Source: Kiritimatiellia bacterium (GTDB lineage Bacteria; Verrucomicrobiota; Kiritimatiellia; RFP12; JAAYLN01). From it: a DNA stretch of 64,000 bases. Each line of letters starts with the position of its first letter. Within the stretch, counting starts at the first letter, position 1. This document shows, piece by piece, positions 58,355-64,000 of this stretch. The notes beneath the pieces were generated by a model that was not told where the DNA came from, searched no databases, and saw only the letters and a list, made by a program, of their open reading frames with translations. A program made the translations under genes and the position numbers. Where the stretch lies: assembly GCA_045603485.1 (NCBI GenBank), contig JAZUMF010000005.1:40784-104783 (forward strand), given 5' to 3'.

Positions 58355-59031
58355 CACCTAAACGCATAATCCTTGTTCGCCACGGTGAATCGGAGGCGAA
58401 TGTCGATCCGACGGTGTATGCCCGCGTGCCGGATTGGCGGATTGCACTTACAGCAACTGGTGTTGAGCAGGCTCGGGATGCTGGGCGGAAGATTGCGGGA
58501 TTGATTGGCGGCGAGTCGTTCGGGGTGTTCAGCTCGCCGTATGTGCGAACGGAACAGACCAAGGACGCGATGCTGGAGGGAATGGGGCGCGAGCCGGTGT
58601 TTGACTACCAAGATCCAACTTTGCGCGAACAGGAATACGGCAACATGCCGCCGACAGATGAGAACAATGCGAACCGTGAGTTCCGCAAGAAGTTCGGCTA
58701 CTTTTTCTACCGTTTCCCGAACGGTGAATCGTGCGCCGATGTCTCGGATCGTATCACGCTCTTCCTTGACTCCCTCTATCGCCGGTTTGAGCGCGACACG
58801 TGTCCCGAGAACATCATCATCGTTTCCCACGGCACGGCTATCAAGTGCTTCCTTGCTAGATGGTATCATTGGTCGATTGCAAAGTTTGATACCATTCCCC
58901 AGTTGCCAAACTGCCATGTTAGTGTGATGAGACGAATTGATGGGGATGTGCAACGCGCTTCTTCGCAGTTTGAATTGCATGAACCATTTGAAACAGTATG
59001 CTGTTTCTCAATGAAAGGTAAAGAACAATGA
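58351..59031 (+). CDS. Histidine phosphatase superfamily (PGM/SixA branch) protein
   Basis: N-terminal RIILVRHGESEANV (RHG catalytic motif) and a downstream SHG. ATGA overlap with the kinase gene. GC-rich, like the host. Confidence 0.75.
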   Translation: MTPKRIILVRHGESEANVDPTVYARVPDWRIALTATGVEQARDAGRKIAGLIGGESFGVFSSPYVRTEQTKDAMLEGMGREPVFDYQDPTLREQEYGNMPPTDENNANREFRKKFGYFFYRFPNGESCADVSDRITLFLDSLYRRFERDTCPENIIIVSHGTAIKCFLARWYHWSIAKFDTIPQLPNCHVSVMRRIDGDVQRASSQFELHEPFETVCCFSMKGKEQ

Positions 59032-60935
59032 CAATTGTTCAAGATCAGTTTGACGCATCGTCCTTCCAAGTTCCGCCGAAAGTCGGGAAGTCTGGAATGT
59101 TGGGCGACCTGTCGGGTGCCCTGCAGGTGTTAAACCGTGTTGCGTTTAGCATTGGATGGATACTGTTGGCCATAGCGGCTCCGCTTGCATGGGGCTTCTT
59201 GCCGTTTGGTTATGAGAAACTTAAGGAGAGCGCCGAAATCAGCGCGGTGCCATCGCTGACAGTGTGTATGCGAATGACTTTCGCTGCTTTATTCTCGCTT
59301 GCTGTGCTTGCCGTCTGGGTGGCTATAGGCAAGGCTGTGTATCGTGGGTGTGACGGAGACGTGCCTTGGTTTAAGAAGATGTTACGAGAAACGCGGGAAG
59401 CCTTAAAGCGTCATTGGCGGCCACTCCTTGCGTTGCCGGTTCTTTATGTTGTCGCGCGCATATTGGAAATGGAATTGTTGTTGAACGCATCGCGGATTGG
59501 GGTGGAAGGACCATTCGGCGGCGCATTGGAGCAATACGGATATTTTCTGGGATTGCTTTTGATAATACTTTTGCCTACGGCCAGATTGCGTAATTTTTCC
59601 ATCGTGGATATGCTTGTGTGGACAGTTACTGTGGTTATGGTTTTCGCTAGCGCAGTTCTGAATCTGACTGCTCGCGTCCATGTTGCCCACTGGAATTCTG
59701 TTTACATAATGACCGTCATGGCGTTTGCCGTGGCTGTGATAGGGCTTTTCTCTGCACTTGTAAAGACGGCAAGTGGCTTTGCGGCGGAGTTCTCGGAAGA
59801 TGTCAGCAAACATCGTTTTGCTCCAGCCATATTTGCCAGCATGGTCGTGAACATGGTAATGGCTGCAGGGGCGGCTGTGTTGTCTATTCTGTATCTGATT
59901 GTCTATTTTGCTGCAAAGGGCTGGAAGTGGATGTCGTATGGCGATAAGATCAAATATTCGATGAGCGATGCATTGCCCGCATATTTCTCAGATGGAAAAT
60001 GGTTCTGGTTTTTGATTGTAATTGTTGTTGTGGGATCGTTGGTTGCGCCGATTTGCCAGTTGGCGGGTGTAGCGCTACACGATGCGGCAATAAGGAATCG
60101 CAAATTATCGAAATATGGCATATCTGGCAGGGACTGGCTGATAGTGTGTGGCGGATTTGAGCCTATGTTTGTGGTCCTGATCGGCATTTGTTCTGGTGCA
60201 ACATTCATAAGCAATTTCTCGATAGCGCTCTCGTTTGGCCTTGTGCTTGCGATTGGCTTGCTCAGGGTCGTGAAGGTGTGGAGTGCGAAGAATACAGTCC
60301 TCAGGAATGGTATCTTTACCCATATTCGTGGCAGTTCAAGAGGCCCTGATTCGACCATGTCTGAGGATGATTTGCTTCTGCGCGCGGAAAAACTAGCTCT
60401 CCTGAAATTCTATGACAAGCGCCGCGAATTTAGGGGAACAAGGTTGGGTGTGTGGCCCAAACCCGCTTTGCTGCGTGATCTTATCGACAGGCATGATGCG
60501 GTTAAGGATTTCTTATCTGCTGCTACAACGCAGGAAGTTCTATGTGGGAGAGAGCCTTTTTATACGCCGCTTATAGGCGGTGAAGTCTTCTTCACGCAGG
60601 ACGATCCTTTCACTCATGATGTTCTCTCTGCCCAATTCGCTTGGCTCAAACGGCGGCATCCGGATGTTGATGTGACGTCCTTCAGCTATTTGCTAAAGCG
60701 TTTTTGCAGTGAATCCGCTGGATGGAATGGCAAGTTGGGGTTGAAGAGCCTGGCTTGTGCTGGCGAACCGAATGCAACGCCATATATAATCATCCCGAGA
60801 AACCTGAAGGCGGCGACGGGCTTTTGTAGTGACTGGAACAAACTCCTTGCAGTCCTTCATGGAATCGTTGACAGAGAGGAAATACCTCAATATGTCAACG
60901 CCTTGATGTTGGATGCAAAGAACATTGATGACTGA
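59028..60935 (+). CDS. Polytopic membrane protein (about 8 TM) with a 300-aa C-terminal cytoplasmic domain of unknown function
   Basis: Hydrophobic helices throughout the first 330 aa. ATGA overlap with the phosphatase gene. Confidence 0.5.
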   Translation: MTIVQDQFDASSFQVPPKVGKSGMLGDLSGALQVLNRVAFSIGWILLAIAAPLAWGFLPFGYEKLKESAEISAVPSLTVCMRMTFAALFSLAVLAVWVAIGKAVYRGCDGDVPWFKKMLRETREALKRHWRPLLALPVLYVVARILEMELLLNASRIGVEGPFGGALEQYGYFLGLLLIILLPTARLRNFSIVDMLVWTVTVVMVFASAVLNLTARVHVAHWNSVYIMTVMAFAVAVIGLFSALVKTASGFAAEFSEDVSKHRFAPAIFASMVVNMVMAAGAAVLSILYLIVYFAAKGWKWMSYGDKIKYSMSDALPAYFSDGKWFWFLIVIVVVGSLVAPICQLAGVALHDAAIRNRKLSKYGISGRDWLIVCGGFEPMFVVLIGICSGATFISNFSIALSFGLVLAIGLLRVVKVWSAKNTVLRNGIFTHIRGSSRGPDSTMSEDDLLLRAEKLALLKFYDKRREFRGTRLGVWPKPALLRDLIDRHDAVKDFLSAATTQEVLCGREPFYTPLIGGEVFFTQDDPFTHDVLSAQFAWLKRRHPDVDVTSFSYLLKRFCSESAGWNGKLGLKSLACAGEPNATPYIIIPRNLKAATGFCSDWNKLLAVLHGIVDREEIPQYVNALMLDAKNIDD

Positions 60936-60954
60936 CGGCGCAAGGAGTGTTATC

Positions 60955-62436
60955 ATGCGATTCTCATGGATTAAGATTTTTTTCACGCCGTTGAGGGGGA
61001 TTAAGAACCTCTTTGGGCTGCTTACGACGTGCCTGTTTTGTCAGCAGACGCTTACGCTGCTTTTTCTGATGTTTTCCATCTGGACTCTAGGTGCTGCATA
61101 TGCCTTCTTTTATCTTCACGATCCGAATTGGGGTCAATGGAGTTTTGTGCATCTTTTTGATTTGACAGAGACACGTCGAACGCTTAATGAGTCATCTGGA
61201 GTCGGGAAAGCGGTCGCCGTTCTGCTATATGGCGTGACATGGCTTATTGGTGGCGGCATCCTGTTGGGCGTTATTGTGGACAGAAGTGCGCGTTTCATGT
61301 CAACGGTAAGAGATGGCCATGTCCGTTATCGTCGTGCATTGCGCGATCATTTTGTGATATTGGGATGGGAGCCAAATGTAGTATCCCTTTTGCGCAACCT
61401 TTCTGGAGGTGGTCGACTGCTATCTTTTTTTTCGTTGCGCGCTTTGTTCCGGCCGAGGATTGTCATCTTGTCAGAATGCCCTGCGGTGGAAATTCACCAG
61501 CAGATAGCAGAGGCATTTGGCCGCAGTTTCTTTAAGGTACTTCCTTTTGGGCTGATTGTGTACAATGGGGCTTATGATGCGAAAGACGAGTTCAAGATGC
61601 TGGTTTTGCGCTATGCGCGCAAGATATATGTGACAGGAGAGGAACCAGAGGCCTCGCATGATTCAAGAGTGTTGCTGTTCCTTGCAAGCCTTGAGGCTTT
61701 TTTGGGGAAATATAAACCGAGACAGCGTATTAACTGCCATGTTCGCATTGCTTCTTATTCGCTTTTCAGGCTTTTGGTGTTGTCGATAAACAAGGGATCG
61801 CCCGTTGGCAATCATAAGTACGAGTATCTGACCGTCCGCTTTTTCAACTTCTACGAGAATTGGGCCAAACGACTATTCTCGGAAAACCCTGCGAATGGTC
61901 GTGCATATCCATCAGTGGTGTTTAGACCTGACGATGGTCAGAGCCGTGTTCGTGTTGTTGTCGTAGGGTTTGGCAAAATGGGGCAGGCGTTGATTGTGGA
62001 GATCCTTCGTTCCCATCCGCAAAGGAAAGGACGAATGATTGACATTGTGGTTGTTGATCCCGATGTAAATGTTCTCCGAAAGCAGTTCATGATGTCGCAT
62101 AGTGACATAGCGACGGGCGAGTACATGAAGCACGCGACTCTTAGATTTGCCAAGGCGATGCGAGTGGAGGATGCCGCATTTCGCAACATGATCAAGCGTT
62201 TCGAGGCGGAAGGAGACCAAATTACTGTCATGTTGACATACAACAGCCCTGACGATGTAGTCGTGAGGGCGGTTGCGCTTGCCTCCAAATATAAATCTGC
62301 CAATATCTTTGCTCGGCTAAACATCGCCGTACCAGATGTGGACAAGTGCAGAGATGTTGTTGCAGAAAGCTACAATTTGAACCGGCTTTACCTGTATGGA
62401 TTTAAGGATGGTGCTGGGTTTGGGAAGGAGATTTAG
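60955..62436 (+). CDS. Membrane-anchored protein with two TrkA-N/RCK-like Rossmann domains
   Basis: Two N-terminal TM helices, then HFVILGWEPNVV and later VRVVVVGFGKMGQALIVEIL...IDIVVVDPD, both glycine-rich beta-alpha-beta NAD(P)-binding-like motifs. The ATG at 60955 follows AGGAG; the ORF track start at 60913 overlaps the previous gene. Confidence 0.5.
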   Translation: MRFSWIKIFFTPLRGIKNLFGLLTTCLFCQQTLTLLFLMFSIWTLGAAYAFFYLHDPNWGQWSFVHLFDLTETRRTLNESSGVGKAVAVLLYGVTWLIGGGILLGVIVDRSARFMSTVRDGHVRYRRALRDHFVILGWEPNVVSLLRNLSGGGRLLSFFSLRALFRPRIVILSECPAVEIHQQIAEAFGRSFFKVLPFGLIVYNGAYDAKDEFKMLVLRYARKIYVTGEEPEASHDSRVLLFLASLEAFLGKYKPRQRINCHVRIASYSLFRLLVLSINKGSPVGNHKYEYLTVRFFNFYENWAKRLFSENPANGRAYPSVVFRPDDGQSRVRVVVVGFGKMGQALIVEILRSHPQRKGRMIDIVVVDPDVNVLRKQFMMSHSDIATGEYMKHATLRFAKAMRVEDAAFRNMIKRFEAEGDQITVMLTYNSPDDVVVRAVALASKYKSANIFARLNIAVPDVDKCRDVVAESYNLNRLYLYGFKDGAGFGKEI

Positions 62437-62437
62437 G

Positions 62438-63094
62438 ATGCAAAAGCTTGAAGAGCGTGTTGAAAAAATACGAAATCCTATGACATCCCGACTAAGGGAG
62501 TTTGCCGATGCCATGGGGCGGGAACTTGCGGAAGCGTGTAGCATTCCTGGCGCACATTATATCCTTGGCGGGGCGTTAGGGTATAACGCGTCTTTGGTGG
62601 GAAACTATGATATTGACTTGCGATTGTTGATTCCCAACGCGGGGAAGAGCCATGAGGAAGTGCGGCGGCAGATTGACGCGGTGAAGGACTTGCTGGCGGC
62701 GCGGGCGAAGGACGATCCAACATTCAAGATAAAGTTCATCGATGAGGGCGGAACGAACTACATCTGGCACACGAAACAGATCGTGAAGGTTCCGGGCATC
62801 CCTGGCAATCCAGATGTTGAGTTGACGTGGAACATCCAAGCAGAAAGTACGTACAAGAGTATCGCCGAGATGGCGGCGCGTCTGCCGAAGAGGGTAATCG
62901 ACCGCTATGTTGTCGAGAAGTGGAACGCGCAGCAGGCAGGCAAGGAGGCTTACAAAGCCCTCAAGGGCGAATGGAAGGGGATGATCAACCGTTTGATCGA
63001 TAAAGGCGCTCGAAAGATGGATGATGAGTCCTTGCGTGAGTTGCTGGATTCAGTAGCCAGTCAATATTCAAAGTTTTTGAAAGAAAGGAAATGA
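62438..63094 (+). CDS. Minimal nucleotidyltransferase (Pol-beta superfamily) with helical C-terminal domain
   Basis: LGGALGYNASLVGNYDIDLRLLIP fits the G[GS]x(9-13)DxD nucleotidyltransferase signature (62564-62633). ATG 62438 lies 2 nt after the previous stop, with an RBS (GGAAGGAG). Confidence 0.55.
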   Translation: MQKLEERVEKIRNPMTSRLREFADAMGRELAEACSIPGAHYILGGALGYNASLVGNYDIDLRLLIPNAGKSHEEVRRQIDAVKDLLAARAKDDPTFKIKFIDEGGTNYIWHTKQIVKVPGIPGNPDVELTWNIQAESTYKSIAEMAARLPKRVIDRYVVEKWNAQQAGKEAYKALKGEWKGMINRLIDKGARKMDDESLRELLDSVASQYSKFLKERK

Positions 63095-63174
63095 CAAGAT
63101 GAAAGCAATGATGACGGCAATGGAATGTCTATCGATGGAGGTTTGCAAAAGCCACAATTAACCGGAGATCAATA

Positions 63175-63705
63175 ATGAAAAAGACAATTGACCGAATCTT
63201 GTTGTTTGTACTCGGAACGCTGGCAGGGCCCGCAGTCTCGTCGTTCTTCCCTGCCTACACCGCTTTTTTCGAGCGCCATCCATGGTGGGGGATTGGTTCT
63301 GTGCTTTTGCTTGTACTTGGTTTGTTTTGGTATTGGAGAACGGCCGAAAAGCAGGATCAGAGAGACATCAAGACTGTTGTTGAGGATGTGAAAAATATTT
63401 TACATTTGCCGGGGCGTTGTTTAACAGAAACGAATGTGTCGCGAATCGAAGGTGCCCCAAGTTTGATGACTTTATTAAATAGTAAAGTCGGAGTTACAAG
63501 TCGTGTGATGAACAAGAGACAAAGAATCGACTTGCCGGAGTCATCATGTGTATTACAGGTTTCGTTTATTCCTATTGATAAAAACGGAAATACAATCCTC
63601 TGGAAACGGATGCCAAAAAATCATGTGTTTAGAAGTGGGGGATGGTTCTATCTTGATTTCATTCTCGCCGTATGCGCGCAAGTTTGCAGATGTGTTTGTC
63701 TTTGA
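63175..63705 (+). CDS. Small membrane protein (2 TM) with soluble C-terminal domain
   Basis: Coordinates from the ORF track. Hydrophobic helices ILLFVLGTLAGPAV and WWGIGSVLLLVLGLFWYW. Confidence 0.4.
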   Translation: MKKTIDRILLFVLGTLAGPAVSSFFPAYTAFFERHPWWGIGSVLLLVLGLFWYWRTAEKQDQRDIKTVVEDVKNILHLPGRCLTETNVSRIEGAPSLMTLLNSKVGVTSRVMNKRQRIDLPESSCVLQVSFIPIDKNGNTILWKRMPKNHVFRSGGWFYLDFILAVCAQVCRCVCL

Positions 63706-63736
63706 CAGAAAGGATATTGGGGTTAGAGATAGAGGT

Positions 63737-64000
63737 ATGCTTAGTTCGTTGGGAATTACATGTGTGGGATTGCGAGATATCTACTCCAGAGAGGTTCCAA
63801 ATGTTTCTATGGGCGACATTGTCCCAGTTGGGGCTTATTGGTTACCGAGGCAAAAAGATTCTCATGGCTGTTGCAGGGCACCAGCGTACTGCTTTTGGGT
63901 TTTTGCTGTGAAATATGATGTAGATTTTAATGATAAAGATGTCGTGGACGCTATTTTTGGCCGTAAACTTGATAATGGTAAGACCGTTTATCTGAAAAAA
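63737..64000 (+). CDS. Hypothetical protein, 5' partial (runs off the window end)
   Basis: The open frame from ATG 63737 continues to the window edge. No recognisable motifs. Confidence 0.25.
   Translation, partial: MLSSLGITCVGLRDIYSREVPNVSMGDIVPVGAYWLPRQKDSHGCCRAPAYCFWVFAVKYDVDFNDKDVVDAIFGRKLDNGKTVYLKK

Noticed and set aside
60955-62436. K+ channel (2TM plus RCK)
   Set aside because: No TVGYG-type selectivity filter between the two TM helices. Annotated only as a membrane-anchored dual Rossmann protein.

Overview
This 64-kb window appears to come from a moderately GC-rich Gram-negative chromosome. An orphan hydF suggests an anaerobe, and the many prepilin-type genes are the PVC-like trait. 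Most genes are on the + strand.

The first 39 kb is mostly conserved housekeeping:
- a 9-bp tandem-repeat array between a coiled-coil/HTH gene and a radical-SAM activase gene;
- the cell-elongation operon mreB-mreC-mreD-mrdA(PBP2)-mrdB(rodA)-rng, with overlapping reading frames;
- two secreted TPR proteins, then exbB-exbD-exbD;
- a type II secretion/pseudopilus-like cluster: gspF, seven consecutive prepilin-type genes, and a 1073-aa GspK-like protein;
- an ABC-F ATPase, cdd, maf, a GH36-like glycosidase, a PpiC-type PPIase lipoprotein, metG, an orphan hydF, mfd and a large membrane protein.

A tRNA-Lys(TTT)-tRNA-Pro(TGG) pair with a consensus sigma70 promoter sits at 39.6-39.8 kb. Immediately after it the sequence changes character. 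A GC-rich non-coding stretch is followed by an intact DUF2924 gene, a frameshifted ParB-like HTH gene and a frameshifted vWA-like gene. I read this as the decayed remnant of a tRNA-targeted integrative element.

Downstream lie livHMGF, an AlbA_2/Schlafen-like ATPase, a Cys-rich bactofilin-like protein, YbjN and a LivJ-like binding protein.

The most unusual feature is a conspicuously AT-rich three-gene cassette at 49.2-58.4 kb. It encodes:
- a 1824-aa cytoplasmic protein with a histidine-kinase-type GHKL N-box;
- a 198-aa protein of unknown function;
- a 1025-aa protein with a canonical receiver (REC) domain fused to a eukaryotic-like Ser/Thr protein-kinase-like domain.

This cassette is coupled through ATGA stop/start overlaps to a GC-normal downstream module: an RHG histidine phosphatase, a polytopic membrane protein, a membrane-anchored protein with two Rossmann domains, and a minimal nucleotidyltransferase. 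The whole 48.1-63.1 kb unit looks like a two-component-like phosphorelay with kinase, membrane and nucleotidyltransferase output. It could be a defence or signalling system that has not been described.

I found no CRISPR array, no rRNA, and no intact transposase or integrase.
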